Below are positions 42,784 through 54,744 of a stretch of 64,000 bases of DNA, one piece after another; position 1 is the first letter of the stretch, and every line of letters begins with the position of its first letter. The DNA comes from Nitrospirota bacterium (GTDB taxonomy: Bacteria; Nitrospirota; UBA9217): contig CAVPKD010000004.1 of NCBI GenBank assembly GCA_963705595.1, positions 381,819-445,818 of the forward strand, given 5' to 3'. The position numbers and the translations under genes are program-made. The notes under the pieces were generated by a model, which was given only the letters and a program-made list of their open reading frames with translations, made no database searches and had not been told where the DNA came from.

Positions 42784-43833
42784 ATGATCACGTATATTCT
42801 GATAGTTGTTTTTCTCATAATACTTCTCTTGCCGCTTCTCATGAAAAAGGTGGAGCATAACCTTGAATTATTCCTGCTTATTATCGGCGGCATTACACTT
42901 ATGCTTTCCCACCTGTTCGGACCTGAACCGTTGCTGAACCTGCGGCTTGTCGAGTCGGCGGCGCTGGAGCCAGTCAAGCTGACCATTGCCACGCTGCTCT
43001 TCGGGCTCATCTTCCGGGCGCTGCGCGAGCCATTGAGAGAAAAGATCGCTGCCGTCGAGATACGGCTCGGACCGCGGCTGTTCGCCTTCCTTCTCATAAT
43101 CGTTCTCGGCGTGATTTCGAGCGTGATCACGGCCATCATAGCAGCGTTGATCCTGTGCGAAGTGGTGGGCGCCATCAATCTCGACAAAAAATATGAGACA
43201 CGTCTCGTTATTTACGCATGCTTTTCGATCGGGATGGGCGCAGCCCTTACTCCCATCGGCGAGCCCCTTTCCACCATTGCCGTCGCCAAACTACGGGGAG
43301 GAGCTCTAGACGGAGATTTCCTGATGCTCCTGCGCATCTTCGGCATCTATATCCTGCCCGGGCTTATCCTCATCTCCCTTGTGGGCGGATTCTTCCGCGG
43401 TACGCAGGTCGAGCGGTCTGAGAGCCTCACCGAAGACATTGCAGAGCCGTTCGGGCATATTGCGCTCCGGGCGTTTAAAGTTTACATCTTCGTCATGGCG
43501 CTCGTGTTGCTGGGCGCGGGTTTTAAACCGCTGATCGACCTGTACATATCCCGTATGCCTGCAACCATTCTCTACTGGGTGAATATCACATCCGCTATCC
43601 TCGATAACGCTACTCTTGCTGCGGCCGAACTCGGCCCTACCATGTCAGCCGCGCAGGTCAAAGGGATCATTATGGGCATAATTATCTCGGGCGGAATGCT
43701 GATACCGGGGAACATTCCGAACATCATCGCCGCGAACAAACTGGGCATATCGAGCAGGGCATGGGCTGTGGTGGGGGTGCCGTTCGGTCTTTTCTTGATG
43801 TTTGTGTACTATGCAGTGCTGTATCTTTTATGA
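42784..43833 (+). CDS. DUF1646-family ion-transporter-like membrane protein
   Basis: VEHNLELFL, GAALTPIGEPLSTI, SAILDNATLAAAE, GGMLIPGNIPNII. Confidence 0.78.
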   Translation: MITYILIVVFLIILLLPLLMKKVEHNLELFLLIIGGITLMLSHLFGPEPLLNLRLVESAALEPVKLTIATLLFGLIFRALREPLREKIAAVEIRLGPRLFAFLLIIVLGVISSVITAIIAALILCEVVGAINLDKKYETRLVIYACFSIGMGAALTPIGEPLSTIAVAKLRGGALDGDFLMLLRIFGIYILPGLILISLVGGFFRGTQVERSESLTEDIAEPFGHIALRAFKVYIFVMALVLLGAGFKPLIDLYISRMPATILYWVNITSAILDNATLAAAELGPTMSAAQVKGIIMGIIISGGMLIPGNIPNIIAANKLGISSRAWAVVGVPFGLFLMFVYYAVLYLL

Positions 43834-43842
43834 TGCCTTCCA

Positions 43843-43989
43843 TGCTTATTTTTCGTTCACATGCCTAAAATAGCATCTCCTGCACAAGTCAAGGCAGCAG
43901 CTCATCCCATGAACGCCTTTAAGATAACCTAATAAAATCAAGAAATTTTGTGAAAAGATCTCCGTCCGAATAGTGGCATGTACATTGCT
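43843..43989 (+). promoter_or_regulatory. sigma54 promoter 2 with NtrC-like boxes and IHF site
   Basis: TGCTTATTTTTCGTTCA (43843) + TGCCTAA (43862); AATCAAGAAATTT (43936); TGGCATGTACATTGCT (43974). Confidence 0.8.
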
Positions 43990-43992
43990 TAA

Positions 43993-44376
<384 letters not shown>

Positions 44377-44418
44377 CGGTACTGATAAAAGATATTCAAT
44401 GATAGGGAGGAATAAGAT

Positions 44419-45765
44419 ATGAAAAAGATGGCTAAGGGAATCGTAGTTATTCTGGTGCTGCTTATAGGAGTGGCAGTGCTTTTGGCGCCGGCCCTGGTAT
44501 CGGCCGAAGAAGCCGCTGCCCCTGCTGCGGCCGCACCTGCACTGGCGCCGAAGATCGACACGGGGGACACGGCATGGATGATCGTGGCCACGGCGATGGT
44601 CATGCTCATGTCCTTGCCTGGGCTTGCTCTCTTCTACGGCGGACTGGCAAAGAGGAAGGATTCGCTCAACACCATGGCCATGACCTTTGTCACGTTCTGC
44701 ATCGTAAGCGTGCTCTGGGTCATCTACGGCTACACCTTTTCGTTCGATACGGACATCAAGGGCATTATCGGAGGAGCATCGAAACTGTTCCTGAAGGGGG
44801 TGGGGCCGAACAGCATCTCCGATCTGGCTAAGACGATCCCTGAGTTTATTTTTATTGTGTATCAACTTACCTTTGCCGCAATTACCGTGGCTCTCGCCAG
44901 CGGCGCATATATCGAGCGCATGAAGTTCTCCGCCTGGATCCTCTTCTCCGTGCTCTGGATGACGATCGTTTATCTTCCAGTGGCACACTGGGTCTGGGGT
45001 AACGGTTTCCTTGCAAAGGCGGGAGCGCTGGACTTTGCAGGCGGTACGGTAGTGCACATCAACGCGGGTATTGCTGCGCTTGTGGGGGCCCTCTTGCTCG
45101 GCAAGCGCCGGGAAAAGGCGATCATACCCAGCAATCTGACGCTCGTCATTACCGGGGCGGGTCTTCTCTGGTTCGGCTGGTTCGGGTTCAACGCTGGTTC
45201 GGCCCTTGCGGCGAGCGGCCTGGCAGGTGCTGCCTTCATCAACACGAACACGGCAACGGCAGTGGCGGCTATTTCGTGGATGATCGTTGAATGGATGCAC
45301 TCCGGCAAGCCGACGGTGCTCGGGCTCGCATCGGGTGCAGTCGGTGGTCTTGTGGCCATTACCCCGGCGGCCGGGTTTGTGAACATCAGCGGCGCTATCA
45401 TTATCGGCATTGCGGCAGGCGTGGTACCTTTCTTTGCCGTGGCCAAGATGAAGCCCATGTTCGGCTATGATGACACGCTCGATGCCTTCGGCATCCACGG
45501 CATCGGCGGGACCATTGGTGCCATCCTGACCGGCGTCTTTGCCGATCCGGCAATCAACGAAGCCGGCAAAGGCCTTTTGTATGGAAATCCGATACAGGTC
45601 TGGATCCAGATCAAAGCAGTTGCAGTCACACTGCTGTATAGTGGCGTGATGACCTTCATCATCTTCATGGTCCTGAAAGCTGTTGTCGGCATACGGGCCG
45701 ATGCCGAGGAAGAATATGTCGGGCTCGATGAAAGCCAGCATGGTGAAAAAGCGTACAATATGTGA
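44419..45765 (+). CDS. amtB: Ammonium transporter copy 2
   Basis: GDTAW, PGLALFYGG, DFAGGTVVH, WFGWFGFN, DDTLDAFGIHG. Confidence 0.95.
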   Translation: MKKMAKGIVVILVLLIGVAVLLAPALVSAEEAAAPAAAAPALAPKIDTGDTAWMIVATAMVMLMSLPGLALFYGGLAKRKDSLNTMAMTFVTFCIVSVLWVIYGYTFSFDTDIKGIIGGASKLFLKGVGPNSISDLAKTIPEFIFIVYQLTFAAITVALASGAYIERMKFSAWILFSVLWMTIVYLPVAHWVWGNGFLAKAGALDFAGGTVVHINAGIAALVGALLLGKRREKAIIPSNLTLVITGAGLLWFGWFGFNAGSALAASGLAGAAFINTNTATAVAAISWMIVEWMHSGKPTVLGLASGAVGGLVAITPAAGFVNISGAIIIGIAAGVVPFFAVAKMKPMFGYDDTLDAFGIHGIGGTIGAILTGVFADPAINEAGKGLLYGNPIQVWIQIKAVAVTLLYSGVMTFIIFMVLKAVVGIRADAEEEYVGLDESQHGEKAYNM

Positions 45766-45844
45766 GAAGTTTGCTGGGAATTTTATCAATGTTATTTTCG
45801 ATGATTCTTTAACGTTTTGATAAAATCAGTCATGCGATGAATTC

Positions 45845-45891
45845 GTGGACAGGCAGATAAATAAGCTGCCTGTCCACTCCTCTTTCTTTTC
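45845..45891 (+). terminator. Terminator after amtB copy 2
   Basis: GTGGACAGGCAG..CTGCCTGTCCAC followed by a pyrimidine/T run. Confidence 0.75.
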
Positions 45892-45918
45892 TGCAAATTC
45901 TCTTCACCTTATAAGTCA

Positions 45919-46066
45919 TGCTCAATTCCTATACACTTGCCTAATATATAATCACAAAACAAACCTCCAAATAACATATGCTCTTTTTTAGCAGACAATT
46001 ATATTAATTAAATCAACAATTTTCATTCAAGGAGAATTATCAATTCCCGGTGGCATATACATTGCT
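45919..46066 (+). promoter_or_regulatory. sigma54 promoter 3 with NtrC-like boxes and IHF site
   Basis: TGCTCAATTCCTATACA (45919) + TGCCTAATATATAATCA (45938); AATCAACAATTTT (46011); TGGCATATACATTGCT (46051). Confidence 0.8.
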
Positions 46067-46126
46067 TATAAAATGTTCACATGCATAAGAGATATGCAAA
46101 GAACATTTCGAATGGAGGTGATAATC

Positions 46127-46465
46127 GTGAAACTGGTCAAGTGCATTATCCAACCGTACCGGCTTGACGAAGTCAAGGAGGCGCTTGCAGGCATCAAGAT
46201 CCAGGGCATGACCGTCTCCGAGGTGAAAGGTTTCGGCAGGCAAAAGGGGCATAAGGAACTCTACCGCGGAGCAGAGTATACCGTGGATTTCGTGCCAAAG
46301 GTCGAGATCGAACTCGTGGTTCAGGACAATCTGGTAAAACAGGTCCTGGACGCAGTAGTTAAAGCGGCCCGGTCCGGCAAAGTAGGCGATGGCAAGATAT
46401 TCGTCATGAACGTGGAGGAGGCAATCCGAATCAGGACTGGCGAGGCCGGAGATGCGGCTTTGTAA
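46127..46465 (+). CDS. glnK: PII nitrogen regulatory protein 3
   Basis: GTG start after GGAGG; highly similar to copy 2; YRGAEY. Confidence 0.95.
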   Translation: MKLVKCIIQPYRLDEVKEALAGIKIQGMTVSEVKGFGRQKGHKELYRGAEYTVDFVPKVEIELVVQDNLVKQVLDAVVKAARSGKVGDGKIFVMNVEEAIRIRTGEAGDAAL

Positions 46466-46605
46466 GGAATATGTTTTACTGCAGGGATCGCTGAGAAGGC
46501 CGAGAGAAAAATTCAAGATTTAAAATTTGAGATTCGAACTCTGCACCCTCCGCGGTGAAAAAATATATATGGGTTTGTCGATAATGATTTAGGGAGAAAT
46601 TCAAT

Positions 46606-47934
46606 ATGATGATCGGCATGAAAAAAATTTTGATGTTCGCTCTGCTGTTGCTCATCGCGGCCGGGTTCCTTCCGGACGTGATCATGGCTGCGGACGCACC
46701 TTCGGCGCTCAAGGTTGATACAGGTGATACGGCATGGATACTGGTTTCGGCAGCACTCGTGATGCTCATGACCCCTGGGCTAGCCATGTTCTACGGCGGT
46801 ATGGTGCGGAGCAAGAACGTGCTCGGCACCATCATGCATAGTTTCATCGCGATTGCGCTGGTGAGCCTCCAGTGGATCCTGTTCGGCTACTCGCTTTCCT
46901 TTGGCCCGGACATCAGGGGGATCATCGGCAGCCTCTCCTGGGCCGGCCTTTCGGGCGTGGGTCTTGCGCCCAACGGGGATTACGCGGCGACGGTTCCACA
47001 TCTCGCGTTCATGGCCTACCAGATGATGTTCGCAGTTATTACCCCTGCACTCATCAGCGGCGCTTTCGCCGAGCGGATGAAGTTCTCGTCCTACCTTCTG
47101 TATATCCTGGCTTGGACGACGGTGGTATATGACCCCGTGGCACACTGGGTCTGGGGAAGCGGTGGGTGGCTCAAGCAGATGGGCGTCCTCGATTTCGCCG
47201 GCGGCATCGTCGTCCATGCCACATCAGGGTTTTCAGCCTTGGCGGCCGCGCTCTACATCGGCAAACGGAAAGGGTTCCTTCAGGAACCTATGCCACCCCA
47301 TGACCTTCCAATGACGGTGCTCGGCGCGGGCCTTCTGTGGTTCGGATGGTTCGGCTTCAACGCGGGGAGCGCTTTATCGTCAGGCGGGCTTGCCACCATG
47401 GCATTCGTCACGACGCATACAGCAGCAGCTTCGGCGACCATCACCTGGATCGCGGTCGAGTGGTATCATCGGGGAAAAGCGACGATGTTCGGCGCAGCGA
47501 CGGGCGCCATTGCCGGTCTTGCCACCATTACGCCGGCAGCAGGCTTCGTAGGGCCGATGCCAGCTCTCCTGATCGGTGTTGCTGCGGGACTGTTGTGCTA
47601 TACTGCGCTGAACGCAAAGACCAAGTTCGGCTACGACGATTCTCTTGACGCCTTCGGCGTGCATGGCGTCGGCGGCAGCCTCGGGACGATCATGGTAGGG
47701 GTCTTCGCTTCCGTTGCGATCAATGCGGGCGGGGCAAACGGTCTGGTCTTCGGAAACTCCCATCAGTTGGCAGTGCAGGCGGGATCGGTTCTCCTGATCG
47801 CGGCGTATTCCTTTGCTGTCAGTATGGTGATCTTCAAGGTCATTGACGCAACGATCGGGCTGCGGGTCAATAAAGATGAAGAGACAGAGGGCCTCGATAT
47901 TAGCCAGCACGGAGAGGCGGGGTATACGCATTAA
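46606..47934 (+). CDS. amtB: Ammonium transporter copy 3
   Basis: GDTAW, PGLAMFYGG, DFAGGIVVH, WFGWFGFN, DDSLDAFGVHG. Confidence 0.95.
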   Translation: MMIGMKKILMFALLLLIAAGFLPDVIMAADAPSALKVDTGDTAWILVSAALVMLMTPGLAMFYGGMVRSKNVLGTIMHSFIAIALVSLQWILFGYSLSFGPDIRGIIGSLSWAGLSGVGLAPNGDYAATVPHLAFMAYQMMFAVITPALISGAFAERMKFSSYLLYILAWTTVVYDPVAHWVWGSGGWLKQMGVLDFAGGIVVHATSGFSALAAALYIGKRKGFLQEPMPPHDLPMTVLGAGLLWFGWFGFNAGSALSSGGLATMAFVTTHTAAASATITWIAVEWYHRGKATMFGAATGAIAGLATITPAAGFVGPMPALLIGVAAGLLCYTALNAKTKFGYDDSLDAFGVHGVGGSLGTIMVGVFASVAINAGGANGLVFGNSHQLAVQAGSVLLIAAYSFAVSMVIFKVIDATIGLRVNKDEETEGLDISQHGEAGYTH

Positions 47935-47968
47935 GAAAATGATGAAACACTGAACAGATAAAGTGGAC

Positions 47969-48001
47969 GGATAGGCAGCATAGGGGCTGTCTATCCTTTT
48001 T
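47969..48001 (+). terminator. Terminator after amtB copy 3
   Basis: GGATAGGCAGC..GCTGTCTATCC followed by TTTTT. Confidence 0.8.
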
Positions 48002-48004
48002 CCC

Positions 48005-48148
48005 TGTTCAGTTGTTAATCACATGCCTAACAATGCGCCAGTAACATTATCCGCAGAGAGAATATTCCTCCCGTATTAATTGTGATCACGAAGGGAATCA
48101 ATTGGTTATCAGATTTCATGCTGCAATTAATATGGCATATGCCTTGCT
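48005..48148 (+). promoter_or_regulatory. sigma54 promoter 4 (complete architecture, no adjacent sense gene)
   Basis: TGTTCAGTTGTTAATCA (48005) + TGCCTAACAATGCGCCA (48024); AATCAATTGGTTA (48096); TGGCATATGCCTTGCT (48133). Confidence 0.72.
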
Positions 48149-48193
48149 TTATAAGTGATGTACAGTCTCCTAATAGCTGGGAATAAAACGGCT

Positions 48194-49069
48194 CTATGGA
48201 TTGTTTTGTGTATTCTGAACGAGTGCGACGCCGGCCAGTATGCCGATGCCCCCGATGATCTGTACAATGGATATTCGCTCTCCGAGAAACAGGGCAGCGA
48301 AGACAACCGCTACGAACGGCACGAAATAATGATAGACGACCGTACGGGTGACGCCGAGCCGCTGCACCCCCTGGTACCAGAGGCTGAAGGCGATGCCCCC
48401 GGAAACGAATGTTGAAAACCCAAATGCCGCCCATGCCTGGACAGACACTCCGCTCCATGATTGGCGGGCCAGTTCACCCAGGCTCATGGGCAGAAGCAGC
48501 AAGCTACCCGTGGCCATGCTGTAGGCAGTGACTTTCACGGCAGAATATTCCTGGAGGAGCGGTTTTGACTTTATGGTGTAGAGCGCCCAGCACACCGATG
48601 CACAGACGGTCAGCAGGTCGCCCGAAAGGTCATGGCGGCTGAAACTGATATCACCAAGGCTGCTCTGTATGATCAGAAAGACCCCGAGAGATGACAGGAG
48701 AATGCCCAGTCCGCTTCGGAATACGATCCGTTCCTTTTTCAATATCCCCTGGATCAAGGCAGCGAAAAGGGGTGACAGAGAGATCAAAAGCGCGGAGTTC
48801 GTGGCGCTCGTAAGCTTGAGTCCGTACATGAACAGGATATTATAGAGCGTGATACCAATAAGGCCGAGCCTAATGAGGGGGCTGATGTCCTTGCGTTCTA
48901 TCCTGAGTGACTCGCCCGTCATGATCAGGACGCAGACAAGGAACAGCGCCGCGAGTGAGAACCGGACAATGGTAAAGCTCAATGGGTAAAAGTCGCGGAG
49001 CGCGTACTTCACAAACGAGAAGTTCACTCCCCAGATAAGGGAGACGAGTATGAGACGGGGGTCGAGCAT
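48194..49069 (-). CDS. EamA/DMT family transporter
   Basis: 10 TM pattern; IWGVNF, SPLFAAL, GDLL, W..GV..LG, FLGE. Confidence 0.88.
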   Translation of the reverse strand: MLDPRLILVSLIWGVNFSFVKYALRDFYPLSFTIVRFSLAALFLVCVLIMTGESLRIERKDISPLIRLGLIGITLYNILFMYGLKLTSATNSALLISLSPLFAALIQGILKKERIVFRSGLGILLSSLGVFLIIQSSLGDISFSRHDLSGDLLTVCASVCWALYTIKSKPLLQEYSAVKVTAYSMATGSLLLLPMSLGELARQSWSGVSVQAWAAFGFSTFVSGGIAFSLWYQGVQRLGVTRTVVYHYFVPFVAVVFAALFLGERISIVQIIGGIGILAGVALVQNTQNNP

Positions 49070-49229
49070 GGCGGTTTGAACTGCAAAGGTCAGAGCGCAA
49101 AGAGCAGAGAGGAGAGCGTGTTAGCTACTCCATGCTCTGTCCCTTTGACCATGCACTATGCCAAGAGTAGCAGTCGCACTATATCATAAATTGACTTGAA
49201 TCATCAAATATATTGTGCTATCAATAAGC

Positions 49230-50350
49230 ATGGACTCTCTTGTGACGAGGATACACGACCTTACCGCGGATATTCTGACCGGTATTGTGGACGGCGTGGT
49301 CGTGACGGATGCACAAGGACTGATTCTCATCTGGAACAGGGCCGCTGAAGAAATGATCGGCATCGCCGCTGCCGAAGCGCTCGGCAAGCATTTCGGTGCC
49401 GTATTTTCCGAGAACACGGCCGTCGTGCGACAGATCGAAAAGACCTTTTCCTCGGGGAGGTCCTATTCCGATTACGAGACAGAACTCGTATCAAAACACC
49501 GGCAGCCGCATCCGGTGGGGCTGGTCACGAGCGTACTCCTTGACAACGGCGGACAGCTGACAGGCGTGATCCTGACGATCCGCGACCAGGCCGGAGTACG
49601 AGACCTCAAGGAACGCATGAGGAGGTCCGACCGTCTCGCGACACTCGGCATGATCGCAGCGGGTATCGCTCACGAGGTTAAGAATCCGCTCGTAGGCATA
49701 CGCGGCGCAGCGCAGCTCATGAAATCCGAGCTAAGCTCGGAGGATGAGGCTGGATCGGCCAAAGGCAGGAGCCTGATAGAATATCTCGACGTGATCCTGA
49801 AGGAAGCGGACCGGCTGAACAAGGTTCTTGAGGGAATTCTCGACTTCACGCGGGTAAAGCCGCGTGAGATGAAGGCGTTCAATATTCACAGCATCCTGGA
49901 CCGCGCTGCTGCTCCTGAACGAGGAGAGCGCGCGGCAGAGCGGCGTCGTCCTCTCGCGGTTGTATGACCCGAGTCTGCCGGACGTGATCGGGAACCAGGA
50001 CCAGCTTATTCAGGTTTTCCTGAACATCATCAAGAACGCGGTCGAGGCCATGCCCGGCGGGGGAAAGCTTACGGTGATCACGAGGATGTCGGATCTGTTC
50101 ACGAGCGTGCAGGCAGACGGCAAGAAACACCGGCTCATGGTCGTGAAGATCAGCGATACCGGCCCAGGCATCAAGCAGGAACATCTTCAGGATATTTTCA
50201 CTCCCTTTTTTACGACCAAGGACCGGGGGGTGGGTCTCGGCCTGGCGCTTTCGTACCAGATCGTGCAGGAACACCTGGGGACGATCCGGGTCGAGAGCCA
50301 GCGAGAACGAAGGCACGACGTTCAGCGTGTATCTTCCGCTGGCGGCGTGA
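49230..50350 (+). CDS. ntrB: PAS sensor histidine kinase NtrB/GlnL-like, frameshifts near 49905 and 50300
   Basis: PAS domain; AHEVKNPLVGIRGAAQL; QVFLNIIKNA, DTGPGI, PFFTTK, GLGL. Confidence 0.85.
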
Positions 50351-50473
50351 AGCGGCATGGAGCATGGCGCAAAGGGCATGGAGCTGGGAGTATGGGATTT
50401 CGGGAATCGAACCAGTGACATCCCGCACTTTGAGCTCTGCCCCATGCTCCGCAAAACGACGAGTGTATCAATT

Positions 50474-51928
<1,455 letters not shown>

Positions 51929-51966
51929 CGTTGTGTGCCACCGTCTCGATTTCATCATATAGCAGG

Positions 51967-51996
51967 TTGGGCTATGCGCATCAGCCCAAATTTTCT
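51967..51996 (+). terminator. Possible terminator after ntrC
   Basis: TTGGGCT..AGCCCAA followed by ATTTT. Confidence 0.5.
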
Positions 51997-52499
51997 CTTG
52001 GCATTCGAGCAAGGTAAGGGATATTGGCTAAGCTACGAATTGTGGATAACACCTGCAAGTGTGCACTCGTAGATAATCCAGATTACTCATAAATGCAGGT
52101 TGAAACATGAAATAGGACGAATTTAATAGCGGGGACGGGTTAAAGCCGTAACGTTCGGGTTAAGAGAGCCAAAAGATAAGCATCTGCAAACCATTGATGG
52201 CGGCTGGTCTCCCCAATATTAAATCTCTTTCAACAAATCTGCGCTTTCTATCTTTCCCAGCAAACAAAGATCTCCTCTTGTCTCTCCTCATGAGGTGAGC
52301 GCATAAAGGGGCACAGCCCCAGTCAGTCCATTCGGTTGTGCATGACCCGCTTCTTCGAAGTGTGGTCTTGACTACCCTTGTGTTATTGTTTATACTTGAT
52401 ATCGTTGAAGCGTGGACCGTCAAGCTATTTCGGTATCATCTAGATATTGGTGGATTAGGTTTGTCTTGTCCAAATATAAAAGACGAAGGGAGACAATGA

Positions 52500-52682
52500 A
52501 TGATTAACAAAAATAACATGCCTATTTGTGAAGCAGCAAATTATTTTAAGGAAGAGATTCTTCAAATTATGCCAGATATACCTGTAAGCCAACTCGCTGA
52601 CATGGTGTCATTATATATTTATTATCAATATGGCATTACCAAAGAAGAAGCGAAGAAAGTTATTGAAACAACCTGTTTATGA
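52500..52682 (+). CDS. Hypothetical 60-aa low-GC protein
   Basis: Purine-rich RBS (GAAGGGGAG); plausible helical composition; no family recognised. Confidence 0.5.
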   Translation: MINKNNMPICEAANYFKEEILQIMPDIPVSQLADMVSLYIYYQYGITKEEAKKVIETTCL

Positions 52683-52977
52683 GAACCTAGATTGGCCAAA
52701 CTTCATGGTATCTCAGCATGGCATTTTTGAATGACATTTTCAAGGTCGAAGCCGACAACTCTGGCATGAAACATTGGTGTTTCAAGGACTGAAAACTGCT
52801 TGAGTTTTAAGCAGAAGCTGACATTCCATGTTTCAATCAAGAGTCTCCACTTCTGTTTGATGCTGGCCTCAGTGCAGTACATCTACATTTCTGCAATGTC
52901 AATTATATGACAGATGTAGCGGAGAAAACCAACGATCAGAATCGAGATGCAACTCTGAGTGCTCCGCCCTCCGCGAG

Positions 52978-54216
52978 TCACTTTCTATCCGTTTTTATAT
53001 CCCACATCTCACCTGAATACATATCGCCGAAGGCGTCTTCATAGAGCTTGATAAGCTCGGCGCGGTATCCCTCGTCGATCTTGACCGCCTTCTTGGCGTA
53101 CGAGGCGCACCAGCCGCAGGTGCCGCAGTCGGTAGAGCGACAGTCCCTATCCTTGAAGCCGGGAATGAAACCGGTCAATTTACTGTTGTCGATATAGACG
53201 GGCTCGCCCTCAAGGGGTGCAAGCATCCCGCGTCTTGTTGCGAGCTTCTTGAGCTTCATGAATTTTGACAATCGGACCATGCGCGGTCTGAACAGATACT
53301 TCCACTTGTTGAACAGGCCTTCCGAAAGGGACGCATCGCTTTTCTCTTTGTACCCGAAGGGTTGTATGAGATCAAGGAGGTTCCCGTCGTACCGACCCTC
53401 GGAGTAGGCTTTTACCCTCCTGGTCAATACCGGTGTGGGTGCGCCCCTTTCCAATACTTTGAAGGAGTCGTAGCCCATGTCGAGGTAAAGACCCAAATCC
53501 TCCGGTCTAATGAAATCAGAGCGAAGGTAATGAACAGGGTCTTTCAGCTTGTCGTACGAACACCTCATCACGCACCAGTCTATCATGAAACCCCGCGTTG
53601 GGTGCCCCTTCTGCGAGGCATGCGAAAGGTTCACCATGTGCTGGCCGGAAAGCGGGCAGAAAAGCTGGCAATTGGCGTTCACGATGAGCTGCAGCTCTAT
53701 CTTGAGTGCCTTCCGCAGAGCCGTGAGAAGTCCGAAGTCACGGTTCACGCTGAGCGGCTCAAGGGTTATGCAATCAGCCCCGCCGTCCTCCCAGAACCTT
53801 GCTTTGGCTATCCCGTCAACCCTGGCGTAGACGCCCACCCTCACCTTTAGCCCCGGATGGCGTCTCTTTATAATGGGCAACAGAAAGGGGAGCGATATCG
53901 TGACCGCACTCACCCCGGCGCTCTCGATGTACTCCAAGAGCGCCTCGATCTCCCTCTGTCCCTGCTTGGCGTACTCACGGTTGTCCATACATGCAGCGTT
54001 CAGGAGATAGTTGAAACCCATGCCCTTTGATCTGGCCGCTTGTACGTGGCGCTCGAACCAACTGCGCGAGAGCGGTGGCAGAGTAAAAGAGGCCCTGCCT
54101 CCGCCCACCGGATCAGCGGACAGTTTGCCGAAGACTTCTGTGACCGGATATGCCGCAATGTCGTCTAGGAGGCCGTTATCGAAATTGGTCGCGACCGACA
54201 AGCTGAATTTCTTCAC
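52978..54216 (-). CDS. Peptidase U32-family (UbiU/UbiV/RlhA-like Fe-S) protein
   Basis: GGGRAS, FNYLLNAAC, NRDF, NANCQLFCP..H, WCVMRC, FIRPED, FKVLER; C-terminal CRSTDCGTCGWC. Confidence 0.85.
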   Translation of the reverse strand: MKKFSLSVATNFDNGLLDDIAAYPVTEVFGKLSADPVGGGRASFTLPPLSRSWFERHVQAARSKGMGFNYLLNAACMDNREYAKQGQREIEALLEYIESAGVSAVTISLPFLLPIIKRRHPGLKVRVGVYARVDGIAKARFWEDGGADCITLEPLSVNRDFGLLTALRKALKIELQLIVNANCQLFCPLSGQHMVNLSHASQKGHPTRGFMIDWCVMRCSYDKLKDPVHYLRSDFIRPEDLGLYLDMGYDSFKVLERGAPTPVLTRRVKAYSEGRYDGNLLDLIQPFGYKEKSDASLSEGLFNKWKYLFRPRMVRLSKFMKLKKLATRRGMLAPLEGEPVYIDNSKLTGFIPGFKDRDCRSTDCGTCGWCASYAKKAVKIDEGYRAELIKLYEDAFGDMYSGEMWDIKTDRK

Positions 54217-54355
54217 AGTAACCCTTTCTCCTCGATACCACTATCTGCCAGAACGGTTCCTTTACCACCCTGCGACCGGCGAGACCAGCTTTTTCGGCCA
54301 AGCCGTCCAACTCGGGAACGGTGTATGAACGGAGTACCGACATCGGTCCGTCGTG
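54176..54355 (-). pseudogene. C-terminal remnant of a class I SAM methyltransferase overlapping the U32 start
   Basis: HDGPMSVLRSYTVPELDGLAEKAGLAGRRVVKEPFWQIVV. Confidence 0.6.
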
Positions 54356-54744
54356 TACGGGAATAAACCTTGTTAATATTCATGTCTTGTTGCCAAGGTA
54401 GTGGCGGGAATTCGCTACTCCATGCTGGGCATTCATACACGATCAGATCATACATTGCATGGGGGTTCGATGATGCTTGCCATTTGAGTACGGGCTGAGG
54501 ATCCTGTACTTGAACTACGTGATAATCGGGATGGCCGACATCAGGATAAATTGGTTTTACTCCAAAGATATCACCAGCGTACAAAGTTGGTTCATTGTTG
54601 CCTACTTGAGGCGTTCCAATAGACAATATTTATTAAATTATACAACATGCATAGCCTGCGTATCCTACTGATTGCATGTTACAGGAAGTAAAGCAACATC
54701 GGAACGATTTCGAATGCCTACGGATTTCAAAAAAGTACCCATGT

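Noticed and set aside
52160-52423. 87-aa minus-strand ORF with Arg-rich FAGKDRKRR
   Set aside because: TTG start, no RBS and only a weak motif; cannot be supported
54357-54626. Upstream part of the 137-aa ORF 54213-54626
   Set aside because: Appears to be a chimera of an unidentified fragment and the out-of-frame methyltransferase relic; not called as a gene
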